Part shown: in pieces, positions 9,102 through 18,396 of the stretch
Layout of the letters: every line of letters begins with the position of its first letter
Position numbering within the stretch: the stretch's first letter is position 1
Assembly: GCA_963517285.1 (NCBI GenBank)
Contig: CAUQDN010000001.1
Span: 108,205 to 172,204, forward strand
Source of the DNA: an uncultured Candidatus Saccharibacteria bacterium
Lineage (GTDB): Bacteria > Patescibacteriota > Saccharimonadia > Saccharimonadales > Saccharimonadaceae
Reading direction: 5' to 3'
DNA length: 64,000 nucleotides
Translations under genes and position numbers: made by a program
The notes under the pieces: generated by a model
Told to the model about the DNA's origin: nothing
Databases searched by the model: none
The model's input: only the letters and a program-made list of their open reading frames with translations

Positions 9102-11054
9102 ATGGCGAAATTTTTAAGCGACTTACTTGATGCCGAAGAGCCAATTTTTACTCAGGCGATTCGTCAACTTGAAGAGGTAAGCGGACGTCACGGTGCTGAT
9201 GTTAAGCTTATTGGTGATATTACGGCGATGGCGCACGAAAACTTACGCGAGCTCGGGTTGAACCCAGCTGCTTCAACTGGTGAAGAGGTGTACTACGCAC
9301 TGCTTGGCCGAGTCGAAAGCGATATTAAGCGACTTGTTCGAATTATTGGTGCCGATGAATCTCGTTCAGAAGAGGTGCAGTATCTTGTACCATTCATGAT
9401 CGATGCCGCAAATAAGGTTAAATTCAACCGTAAAGTTTTCGTACTGAAGCGCGATAAGGCGAAGGACCTCCTTCGTCAGATGCCGCCTGTCCAGCTTATG
9501 AAGAAGCTTGGATACGACGACGTCGAAGCTATGTTTGCCGGTGAAGATTTCGATGAAGTGTATACCGCACTCCGTTTCTCTGAAGGTCCAGAATGGCTCA
9601 CAAAATACGACGAACTCTTCAAGCAAATTACCCCAGATGATTACGAAGAGCGTGATCTGCGTATTATTCAGATGGATCACGATAAGTATGTCGACCTTGC
9701 CGCTCACTTCGTCCAGAAGAAGCTTCACAATGTGACACACACGAAAGAAATGGGTACGATCGTTGTTGTCCCGATGCACGTACGTAAAATGCGTGGGCTT
9801 GCACTTAAGACGTTGCCGCTGCTGCTGCACTACATGAATGAGGTAAAGCTTTACTCGACATTCTTCAAGCTAAAAAGCAAACAGCCTCACTTCGGTAAAA
9901 CGGTGGTTGAAACCCTTATTGCTGACCCAGGTACTGGTAGTCAGCTGGTAGGAAAGCGCGTTCATTGGCGTGTTATTCAACGATATCTCGGTAAGCACAA
10001 GGAAGACTCGATTGATAAAGTTGCCTTTGAGCCACACGTACAGCCAGAAGACCTTCACTGGCGCCGTGCGGAAGACCTCTTGTTTGAAATTGACCCAGAA
10101 CTTAAATTCTGGAAAGACCGTGATTATGTTGGGCTCAATTACGATGGCTTCCCAGTCGCCTTCAACTTGTTTGATGTTAGTTTTGCTTACTCAAATAAAG
10201 AGCCGTATGCTGGTCGTTATGCTTACCATTTCCGTGAAAGCCTTTGGAACGAAATCTTCGTCCGTTACATGGGATTCAAGAATCTAGCAGATCAAGTATT
10301 AGCTCAGCTCGATAACGATATGATTGCACCAGAAAAACTTCCTGTCGTAAAGACGCAGAAAAAAATTTCTAAAATACGTAAAGACCATACCAATAAAAAC
10401 CTTCAAGTTCGTGAGCGATTGATTGCTGCGGCCGAAGGGCGTCTTGATACGGTTGTTGACGAATTTGAACAAGTGTTCGACATTCTTTCTCAACATGAAA
10501 AGACAGTGACGATTTTTGGTTCAGCGCGTAAGCCTCAAGACGACTCTATTACTGAAGGCGCCTATACCTTAGCGGCTCGTTTAGCTAATGAGGGTTATGC
10601 GGTCGTTACTGGCGGTGGTCATGGGGTAATGGAAGCGGCAAACCGCGGTGCATACGATGCTGGTGGTGCTTCAATTGGACTAAATATCTTGTTGCCACGA
10701 GAGCAGTCACTCAATAACTACACGACCCAGAACTTTCAGTTCAACCACTTCTTTGGCCGTAAGGTAGCGATGACGCTCGATTCAAGCGCATTCATTTACT
10801 ACCCAGGTGGATTTGGTACGTTCGATGAACTATTCGAAATTTTGGCACTTATGCAGACCGGTAAGATTGAACATGCACCAGTGATTTTGGTTGGAAGTGA
10901 CTTCTGGCGACCATGGGATGCGGCAATTCGCGAGACAATGCTTGATAAATATCACACCATTACATACGAAGAAACTGAGCTGTATCGAATTTACGACGAT
11001 TATGACGAGATTGTTGAATATATCAACGAAGAGTATCGAAAATCTAATCGTTAA
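9102..11054 (+). CDS. Fusion protein: about 430-aa uncharacterised N-terminal domain plus C-terminal LOG-family phosphoribohydrolase domain
   Basis: C-terminus VTIFGSAR, TGGGHGVMEAANRGA, PGGFGTFDELFE (PGGxGTxxE). Confidence 0.85.
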   Translation: MAKFLSDLLDAEEPIFTQAIRQLEEVSGRHGADVKLIGDITAMAHENLRELGLNPAASTGEEVYYALLGRVESDIKRLVRIIGADESRSEEVQYLVPFMIDAANKVKFNRKVFVLKRDKAKDLLRQMPPVQLMKKLGYDDVEAMFAGEDFDEVYTALRFSEGPEWLTKYDELFKQITPDDYEERDLRIIQMDHDKYVDLAAHFVQKKLHNVTHTKEMGTIVVVPMHVRKMRGLALKTLPLLLHYMNEVKLYSTFFKLKSKQPHFGKTVVETLIADPGTGSQLVGKRVHWRVIQRYLGKHKEDSIDKVAFEPHVQPEDLHWRRAEDLLFEIDPELKFWKDRDYVGLNYDGFPVAFNLFDVSFAYSNKEPYAGRYAYHFRESLWNEIFVRYMGFKNLADQVLAQLDNDMIAPEKLPVVKTQKKISKIRKDHTNKNLQVRERLIAAAEGRLDTVVDEFEQVFDILSQHEKTVTIFGSARKPQDDSITEGAYTLAARLANEGYAVVTGGGHGVMEAANRGAYDAGGASIGLNILLPREQSLNNYTTQNFQFNHFFGRKVAMTLDSSAFIYYPGGFGTFDELFEILALMQTGKIEHAPVILVGSDFWRPWDAAIRETMLDKYHTITYEETELYRIYDDYDEIVEYINEEYRKSNR

Positions 11055-11118
11055 ACAAAACTTTACAACCCGTTCCTTGGGGATTATGCTTGAAAGTAAC
11101 TAACTCAGTGAGGTTGAG

Positions 11119-11724
11119 ATGGCACGAAAGATAAGCAGACGAACAATAGTAATAGTATCAGCTGTATTACTCGTGCTGGTTGCCCTAATTGGTACCATCG
11201 CCGTCATCCGGGCAACACAACCTAACGAAAAAGACCCTTACAAGACAACGGAAACGAGCTCAAAACAAGAAACTTCCGTAGAAGCAGCAGACGAAAAGGA
11301 AACGGTTTCAGAAAATTCGACTAAAAAGCCAACGAGTGATCAGCCGTCAGCCGAGTCGGCACTCGATCCTGCGACCGTTGGAACAATAGAAGTAGCGCCA
11401 CTTTCTCTTACAGTGTCGTATGTAAAGGGCGTCGGTGGATTTGAATACGAAGTGCTTCGTACACCAGGCGGTACTCAGTACGTTGAGTTCAGTAGTGCCG
11501 AACTGGCTGGAACGAAATGTACCGACGATACCGGTGTGTTTGTTTCAATTCTAGTTGGCCCAAAAGAGAGTGAAGCGTCAACACTTGCAAAAACCGTTAC
11601 AGTAGACGGCACGAAATACGGTCTCTCTCTCGCAGGCACGAACTGTACCAGCGATGCCAGTAAGTTGCAAAGCTATCAAAAATCGTTTAGTGATGCTTTT
11701 GGTCTGCTAAAGAAAACAAACTAG
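11119..11724 (+). CDS. Hypothetical membrane-anchored/secreted protein
   Basis: N-terminal basic + hydrophobic helix, Ser/Thr/Glu linker, small domain with two Cys. Confidence 0.75.
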   Translation: MARKISRRTIVIVSAVLLVLVALIGTIAVIRATQPNEKDPYKTTETSSKQETSVEAADEKETVSENSTKKPTSDQPSAESALDPATVGTIEVAPLSLTVSYVKGVGGFEYEVLRTPGGTQYVEFSSAELAGTKCTDDTGVFVSILVGPKESEASTLAKTVTVDGTKYGLSLAGTNCTSDASKLQSYQKSFSDAFGLLKKTN

Positions 11725-11739
11725 AGTATACTAATAAGG

Positions 11740-13710
11740 ATGAAGCAACGTTTTGTCCTCTCTTCGGCATATAAACCAACGGGCGATCAACCGACCGCCA
11801 TTGCTCAACTTGTTGAAGGGCTTGAGAGGGGCGAGCGTGAACAAACCCTGCTCGGTGTAACTGGTTCTGGTAAGACCTTCACAATGGCGAATATTATTGA
11901 GAAGCGCCAAGCACCGACCCTTATTTTGGCGCACAACAAAACCCTCGCCGCTCAGCTCTATAGTGAGTTTAAGGCGTTTTTCCCGGACAATGAGGTGCAC
12001 TATTTCGTTAGTTACTTCGATTACTATCAGCCTGAAGCCTATATTGCCAGTAGCGATACCTACATCGAAAAAGACAGTAAGATTAATGATGAAATCGATA
12101 GGCTGCGTCACGCCGCAACAACTGCGCTCTTAACACGCCGCGACACTATTATTGTTGCGAGTGTGAGCTGTATCTACGGTATTGGCTCCCCTGATGACTA
12201 CTCTGAAATGTCGATTACGGTAAAAAAAGGTGAGCGACGCCAGCAAGATAAATTTGTTCGCTTGCTGACTGATATCCAGTATCAACGAAATGACATCGAC
12301 TTCCACCGTGGTACTTTCCGTGTGAAGGGTGATATTGTCGATGTTTTCCCAGCCGGAAGCGACGTTGCATATCGTATTGAATTCTTTGGTGATGAAATTG
12401 AGCGCATTACGCGAATTGACCCACTGACAGGTGAGATTTTAGGCGAGCCTGCTGAAGTAAGCATTTTCCCAAGCAGTCACTACGTAACTCCAAAGCAAAA
12501 ACTCGAGCGAGCTATCGAAGGTATTAAGCAAGAGTTTGAAGAACGAATGGATTACTTCGAGAAACACGAGCAGCTCCTTGAGGCGCAGCGCCTAGCGCAG
12601 CGTACGAAGTACGATATTGAAATGCTGGAAGAAACCGGCTTCGTAAAAGGTATTGAGAACTATAGCCGATACCTTACTAACCGCGAGCCAGGTGAGCAGC
12701 CTGCAACCTTGCTCGACTATTTCCCAGATGACTTCCTTTTATTCGTCGATGAAAGCCACATGACACTGCCGCAGGTGCGCGGTATGTATAACGGTGACCG
12801 CGCACGAAAAGAAGTGCTTGTTGAGCACGGTTTCCGTTTGCCAAGTGCGCTCGACAACCGTCCGCTTACATTCGATGAGTTTAACCGACACCTCCATCAG
12901 GCCGTCTATGTTTCAGCAACGCCAGCTGAATACGAACTTTCACACAGTCCCGAGCCGGCACAGCAAATTATTCGCCCAACTGGTCTTATCGACCCCGAAC
13001 TCATCATCCGCCCAACAGAAGGACAGATCGACGACCTTATTGCTGAAATTCGTGACCGAGTCGCGAAGCAGCAGCGTGTGCTCGTAACCACTTTGACAAA
13101 GCGTATGGCAGAAGATCTCTCGACGTATTTGCAGGAGCTTGACATTAAAACGGCATATATTCACAGCGAGGTCGATACGCTCGAGCGCAGTGATATTCTG
13201 CGTGACCTTCGTTCTGGAGTTTACGATGTACTTGTTGGTATTAACCTTCTTCGTGAAGGGCTTGACCTTCCGGAGGTAAGTTTGGTGGCAATTATTGATG
13301 CCGATAAAGAAGGCTTCCTTCGTAGTGCCAGTGCACTCATTCAGATTATTGGTCGTGCAGCTCGGCACGTTGAAGGTAAGGTGCTTATGTATGCCGATTC
13401 AATTACTCGATCAATGCAACAAGCAATCGACGAAACAGACCGACGCCGTACGATTCAGCGAGCGTATAACGAAGAGCATGGCATTACTCCAACGAGCGTA
13501 GCAAAAGCCATTGACGAGGGCCTGCGTGCGATTATTCCGAAAAAGGATGACGAAAAACCGAAGCTTGATCTTAAAAAGATTCCAAAAGATGAGTATGCCG
13601 CTCTTATTAAAGATCTGTCTGCACAAATGGATCTGGCGAGCGCGAACCTTGAATTTGAAAAAGCTGCCGAGCTTCGCGATGTTATTGCCGATATTCGCGC
13701 CAAAATGTAG
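11740..13710 (+). CDS. uvrB: Excinuclease ABC subunit B
   Basis: [27 protein letters not shown]-terminal UVR domain. Confidence 0.98.
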   Translation: MKQRFVLSSAYKPTGDQPTAIAQLVEGLERGEREQTLLGVTGSGKTFTMANIIEKRQAPTLILAHNKTLAAQLYSEFKAFFPDNEVHYFVSYFDYYQPEAYIASSDTYIEKDSKINDEIDRLRHAATTALLTRRDTIIVASVSCIYGIGSPDDYSEMSITVKKGERRQQDKFVRLLTDIQYQRNDIDFHRGTFRVKGDIVDVFPAGSDVAYRIEFFGDEIERITRIDPLTGEILGEPAEVSIFPSSHYVTPKQKLERAIEGIKQEFEERMDYFEKHEQLLEAQRLAQRTKYDIEMLEETGFVKGIENYSRYLTNREPGEQPATLLDYFPDDFLLFVDESHMTLPQVRGMYNGDRARKEVLVEHGFRLPSALDNRPLTFDEFNRHLHQAVYVSATPAEYELSHSPEPAQQIIRPTGLIDPELIIRPTEGQIDDLIAEIRDRVAKQQRVLVTTLTKRMAEDLSTYLQELDIKTAYIHSEVDTLERSDILRDLRSGVYDVLVGINLLREGLDLPEVSLVAIIDADKEGFLRSASALIQIIGRAARHVEGKVLMYADSITRSMQQAIDETDRRRTIQRAYNEEHGITPTSVAKAIDEGLRAIIPKKDDEKPKLDLKKIPKDEYAALIKDLSAQMDLASANLEFEKAAELRDVIADIRAKM

Positions 13711-13774
13711 CACGTGTATTTAAGCGAAGCTCTCTCTTATCATCGCAACGTCTTTGCGGTATAATCAAGAAAGT

Positions 13775-14065
13775 ATGACGACAATCTCAATTAATGATGT
13801 GCACCATCTTGCACAGCTAAGTAGTTTACAGCTTGATGATAACGAAGCGGAATCGCTTCGCAGTGACCTTGAAGGCATCCTTGGATATATTGAACAACTT
13901 TCAGAGCTCGATACCACTGGCGTGGAGCCAACCTATCAGGTGACCGACCTGCAAAACGTCTGGCGTGAAGACCAAGTCGATGATTACGGCTTGGGTCGCG
14001 AAGCATTGTTGGCGCTTGCTCCAGCGGCAGATGATAATCAAATTAAAGTTCCAAAGGTATTGTAA
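13775..14065 (+). CDS. gatC: Asp/Glu-tRNA amidotransferase subunit C
   Basis: VHHLAQLS.L, ELDTTGVEPT, KVPKVL; precedes gatA. Confidence 0.9.
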   Translation: MTTISINDVHHLAQLSSLQLDDNEAESLRSDLEGILGYIEQLSELDTTGVEPTYQVTDLQNVWREDQVDDYGLGREALLALAPAADDNQIKVPKVL

Positions 14066-14067
14066 GT

Positions 14068-15438
14068 ATGAGTCGAATTGATGATTTTCGTGGTGTATCG
14101 GCTCGCGAGAATGTTGAAAACGCCCTTAAAAAAGCTCGTGAAAACGAAGCATTTCATGCCCTTCTTTCGCTGAGCGAAGCACGTGCACTTGATCGTGCAG
14201 CTAAAGTTGACGCCGGTGAAATTACCGGTCGCCTTGCTGGTATTCCGTTTATCGCAAAAGACAACTTTTTAACACTTGGTAGCACAACGACTGCAGCCAG
14301 TAAAATGCTTGAAAATTTTGAAGCACCGCTTCAAGCTACAGCAATTGAAAAGCTCGAAGCCGAAGGTGCAATTTGTATTGGTAAAGCTAACCTTGACGCG
14401 TTTGCTCATGGTGGTAGTACAGAAAACTCGGCGTTTGGTTCGACTAAAAATGCTCACGACCAAGAGCGTGTAGCTGGTGGTAGTAGTGGCGGTTCGGCTG
14501 TCGCAGTAGCACTTGATATAGTACCTTTTGCGCTTGGTACAGATACCGGTGGCTCAATTCGTCAGCCGGCTAGCTTTAATGGCGTTGTTGGAGTTAAACC
14601 AACTTATGGAACGGTGAGCCGTTACGGTGTCGTGGCTATGGCGAGCAGTACCGACACAATCGGCGTATTAAGTGCGACGGTTGAAGATGCTGAACTTGTT
14701 ATGGATATTTTAAGCGGTCAAGACCGTAAAGATATGACCACACTCCCGGACTTCTTTGCACCAAGTGAAGTAACCGAACCAAAACGTATCGGTGTTATTA
14801 AAGAATTCATGACTGAAGATGTTGACCCAGAAGTTCGTGCCCGTGTGAGTGAATATATTGAATCAATGAAGGCAAAGGGTCACACGATTGAAGAGGTTAG
14901 CCTGCCAACTGTGAAGTATGCACTTGCCGTGTATTACATCGTTGTGCCTGCTGAAGTGAGTAGTAACCTTGGTCGTTACGACGGTGTTCGGTATGGAGCT
15001 CGCGCGGATGAGGCAAAAACGCTTGGTGAAGTATACGGTCTTTCTCGTGACCAAGGATTCGTACCAGAAAACAAGCGTCGCATCATGATCGGAAGTTACG
15101 TACTTTCAAGCGGTTTCTTTGATGCATATTATCTACAGGCGCAAAAAGCCCGCACGCTACTCATTAATGATTTCAACAAAGTGTTTGAATCATATGATGC
15201 TATCGTTGGGCCGGTCGTGCCAACTCCAGCCTTTAAACTAGGTGAGAACACCGCAGATCCAGTAAAGATGTACCTCGCCGACATTATGACGGTTCCAGCC
15301 AGTCTTGCGGGACTTCCAGCACTTTCCGTTCCGGCCGGCACTACAGAAGCTGGTTTGCCGGTTGGCGTGCAGCTCATTGGTCCTCGTAAATCCGACGCAT
15401 TACTGCTTGGACTTGCTAAGCAAGGAGAGGCGGCATAA
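14068..15438 (+). CDS. gatA: Asp/Glu-tRNA amidotransferase subunit A
   Basis: GGSSGGSA, GTDTGGSIRQPA, KRRIMIGSYVLSSG. Confidence 0.96.
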   Translation: MSRIDDFRGVSARENVENALKKARENEAFHALLSLSEARALDRAAKVDAGEITGRLAGIPFIAKDNFLTLGSTTTAASKMLENFEAPLQATAIEKLEAEGAICIGKANLDAFAHGGSTENSAFGSTKNAHDQERVAGGSSGGSAVAVALDIVPFALGTDTGGSIRQPASFNGVVGVKPTYGTVSRYGVVAMASSTDTIGVLSATVEDAELVMDILSGQDRKDMTTLPDFFAPSEVTEPKRIGVIKEFMTEDVDPEVRARVSEYIESMKAKGHTIEEVSLPTVKYALAVYYIVVPAEVSSNLGRYDGVRYGARADEAKTLGEVYGLSRDQGFVPENKRRIMIGSYVLSSGFFDAYYLQAQKARTLLINDFNKVFESYDAIVGPVVPTPAFKLGENTADPVKMYLADIMTVPASLAGLPALSVPAGTTEAGLPVGVQLIGPRKSDALLLGLAKQGEAA

Positions 15439-15863
15439 TGGATAATTCACTCGGTATCATCTTCTTCTTTTCTGCGATCCTGATTTTCGGTGGATTATTG
15501 TTCGTTATCATTTCAATGACCAAAAACAGTCCTAAAGCACTCGATCAAACCAAGTACCGTAGCCGTTGGCTCGCGATTGAAACGCGTTTGAAGCGAGACG
15601 ACGAGAACACATACACCGTTTGTATTTTTGATGCCGACAAGCTGCTTGATCAAGCTCTTCGCGATCGTGGTTTCTCAGGAAAAACGATGGGTGAGCGTAT
15701 GAAACAATGCCAAGGCAAATGGACGAATGGCAATGGAGTGTGGGCTGCTCACAAGTTGCGCAATAAGCTCGCCCACGAGACCGACGCGAAAGTTGATTAC
15801 ACACGTACAAAACAGGCCCTTGTTTCATATAAGCAAGGTTTGAAAGATTTGGGAGCAATCTAA
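15438..15863 (+). CDS. Membrane-anchored protein with HEPN-like RxxxxH motif
   Basis: N-terminal TM helix; DADKLLDQAL...HKLRNKLAHE; TAATG overlaps with both gatA and gatB. Confidence 0.7.
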   Translation: MDNSLGIIFFFSAILIFGGLLFVIISMTKNSPKALDQTKYRSRWLAIETRLKRDDENTYTVCIFDADKLLDQALRDRGFSGKTMGERMKQCQGKWTNGNGVWAAHKLRNKLAHETDAKVDYTRTKQALVSYKQGLKDLGAI

Positions 15864-17317
15864 TGGCAACAGCTGAAGTATTAGACCAGTATGAAATGAC
15901 AATCGGTATCGAATGTCACGTCCAGCTTGCAACGACAAGCAAACTTTTTAGTGGTGCCGACAACGATGCTCGCGATAAAGACCCTAACAGTGCTATTAAC
16001 CCAATCGACTTTGGACTCCCAGGCATGCTTCCGGTTCTCAACCGTCGCGCCGTTGAACTTGCCGTTAAAGCAGGTAAGGCGCTTAATGCTGAAATTGCCG
16101 AAGTGAGCCGATTCGATCGAAAACACTACTTCTACCCAGACCTTCCAAAGGGCTATCAGATTAGTCAGATGTATCAGCCAATCATCCTTGCAGGGTTTGT
16201 TGACGCCCCATTAGAAAATGGCGAAACTGTACGGGTTCGTATTCACCATGCTCACATCGAAGAGGATGCAGGTAAATTGACGCACCACGGTACTTACAGT
16301 CTCGTCGACCTTAACCGTGCCGGTACTCCGCTTATTGAAATTGTTTCCGAACCGGACATTCACTCAGCGGCTGGCGCTAAAGCCTATGCGACTGAATTGC
16401 ATCGCCTCATGACTTATGCAGGTGTGACGCTCGGTAATTTGTATCACGGAAACATGCGCTTCGACGTAAACATTTCAGTTGCAAAAAAAGGTGCGACCGA
16501 ACTTGGTACCCGTGCTGAAGTAAAGAACCTTAACTCATTTAAGAGTGTTGAGCGTGCAGCGCAGTATGAATTTGAGCGGCAAATCGATCTTATTGAAAAG
16601 GGAGAAAAGGTTGTTCAAGAAACCAGAGGCTGGGACGACACTTCAGGCAAAACCAGTTCGCAGCGTAGTAAAGAAGATGCACAGGATTATCGCTACATGC
16701 CAGACCCTGACATTCCACCTATCGTGCTGACAAAAGCTGAAATTGATGCGCTCCAAGCTGATGTACCAGCCCTTCCGGCTACCTATCGTACAGCATGGGC
16801 ATCAATGGGACTCGATCGTTCGGTGGTCGAGGCGCTTATCGCCACGCAAAGCTATGCAGTGCTAATTTCTCAAATACAAGAAGAGGCAGGCGATGAAGCG
16901 GCGCGTCGCGTGGCGCACTGGTTCGCAAGCGCTGTGAATAGCGGCAATGAAGAAGAGGCGATTATTGCAAGTAACTTCGCGCCTGAAGGGTATATTGAGC
17001 TTTCAGAAATGGTAAGTAAAAATGAACTTTCGAGCACTGCTGCAAAGGAAGTGTTCCAAGAACTCCTGACGAGCGAGAAAACTCCTCGTGAAATCGCTGA
17101 GTCAAAGAACCTGCTACAGGTAAGCGACGAAGGTGCAATGCAAGCAATTGTCGATGAAGTACTTGCTGACCCTGCGAGCGCTAAGTCTGTCGAAGACATT
17201 AAAGCGGGCCAGGAAAAAGCGATTGGCTTCTTGGTTGGCCAGGTAATGAAAAAGTCACAGGGCAAAGCTAACCCAGCCATGGCGCAACAACTCATTCGTT
17301 CTAAACTTGGTTTGTAA
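15863..17317 (+). CDS. gatB: Asp/Glu-tRNA amidotransferase subunit B
   Basis: IGIECHVQL, FDRKHYFYPDLPKGYQISQ, DYRYMPDPD. Confidence 0.97.
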   Translation: MATAEVLDQYEMTIGIECHVQLATTSKLFSGADNDARDKDPNSAINPIDFGLPGMLPVLNRRAVELAVKAGKALNAEIAEVSRFDRKHYFYPDLPKGYQISQMYQPIILAGFVDAPLENGETVRVRIHHAHIEEDAGKLTHHGTYSLVDLNRAGTPLIEIVSEPDIHSAAGAKAYATELHRLMTYAGVTLGNLYHGNMRFDVNISVAKKGATELGTRAEVKNLNSFKSVERAAQYEFERQIDLIEKGEKVVQETRGWDDTSGKTSSQRSKEDAQDYRYMPDPDIPPIVLTKAEIDALQADVPALPATYRTAWASMGLDRSVVEALIATQSYAVLISQIQEEAGDEAARRVAHWFASAVNSGNEEEAIIASNFAPEGYIELSEMVSKNELSSTAAKEVFQELLTSEKTPREIAESKNLLQVSDEGAMQAIVDEVLADPASAKSVEDIKAGQEKAIGFLVGQVMKKSQGKANPAMAQQLIRSKLGL

Positions 17318-17410
17318 AAAGCAACTTCACACCGAACTTGCTTATCGCGCAAGCTTAAGCGTATAATACAGTTAAATACAAAAATAATACTTAGTAATTA
17401 GGAGTCCAAT

Positions 17411-17662
17411 ATGGATCAAGCTGCTGAAATTTTGGTGATCATCGTATCCAGTGTTCTGTTTATTTTCCTGGTTGTCGGTATCGTACTTGGTATCTATCTT
17501 ATTAAACTAACTGCCGAAATTCGTCGCTTAGCAAAATCTGCTCAAGACACTGTATCTCAAATTGAGAGCGCAGTAGTTGGAGTGAGCCGCGTGACGTCAC
17601 CACTGTTCGTTGCGCAAATGGTGAATCGGTATATTAAAAAATTTACGAAAGGTAAAAAGTAA
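17411..17662 (+). CDS. Small membrane protein (DUF948/YtxG-like)
   Basis: TM helix then coiled coil; directly upstream of a YtxH-like gene. Confidence 0.6.
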   Translation: MDQAAEILVIIVSSVLFIFLVVGIVLGIYLIKLTAEIRRLAKSAQDTVSQIESAVVGVSRVTSPLFVAQMVNRYIKKFTKGKK

Positions 17663-18051
17663 TGTCAAAGAGTAAGTTCGCACTTGGTGCCGTTGTTGTT
17701 GCAGTGACCGGATTTGTTGCAGGTATTTTAACCGCTCCAAAGAGTGGTAAGGATACGCGTGACGAACTCAAAAATAAAGCCCTTAAGGCAAAAGATGATG
17801 TTACTGAAGAAGCCGAGAAGGCTAAAGAGTTGGTGACCGAGAAGGCAGAAGAAGTAAAGCAAAAAGCCGAAAAGACGGTCAAAGAAGTCCGAGCGAAAGC
17901 TGAAGACGTTGTTGAAGATGTGATCGACCAAGCTAATGACCTTAAGTCTCGCGCCGAGCAAGCTGTTGCTGGTGCGAAAAACGGTGCTGCTAAAAAACCA
18001 GCTGCTAAGTCTACTGCTAAGAAGCCTGCTGCTAAAACTGCGAAAAAATAG
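17662..18051 (+). CDS. YtxH-domain protein with Lys/Ala/Pro-rich tail
   Basis: GFVAGILTAPKSGKDTR signature; tail AKKPAAKSTAKKPAAKTAKK. Confidence 0.85.
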   Translation: MSKSKFALGAVVVAVTGFVAGILTAPKSGKDTRDELKNKALKAKDDVTEEAEKAKELVTEKAEEVKQKAEKTVKEVRAKAEDVVEDVIDQANDLKSRAEQAVAGAKNGAAKKPAAKSTAKKPAAKTAKK

Positions 18052-18054
18052 TTC

Positions 18055-18336
18055 ATGGTCAAGAAGCTTGTTCATAAAGTAAAAAAAGATAACGAAGCGG
18101 GCGCTCGCCGAGCTATTTTAGAAGATTTATTCTACGATTTTCATAGCTCACGTCGCCAAGTGTATCTTATGAATTTCTTCCGAGGCATGTTCTTTGGTTT
18201 TGGAAGCGTGATTGGCGGTACGCTCGTTATTGCGCTCGTTGTATGGATACTATCGTGGCTTGCCGACATCCCTGGTGGAGTCGGTGACTTCATCCAATAC
18301 GTCGTTGATATTGTCGAAAACACCCAAAACCAATAA
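18055..18336 (+). CDS. Small membrane protein (DUF5665-like)
   Basis: NFFRGMFFGFGSVIGGT hydrophobic motif. Confidence 0.65.
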   Translation: MVKKLVHKVKKDNEAGARRAILEDLFYDFHSSRRQVYLMNFFRGMFFGFGSVIGGTLVIALVVWILSWLADIPGGVGDFIQYVVDIVENTQNQ

Positions 18337-18396
18337 TAAAATTAACATTAATTACTACAGACGTAGCAGCTCTTTTTCGCTATACTAGAGAAAGCA

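Noticed and set aside
17985..18045. GCTGCTAAA-type tandem repeats
   Set aside because: They encode the AKKPAAK low-complexity tail of the YtxH protein and are not an independent DNA element.
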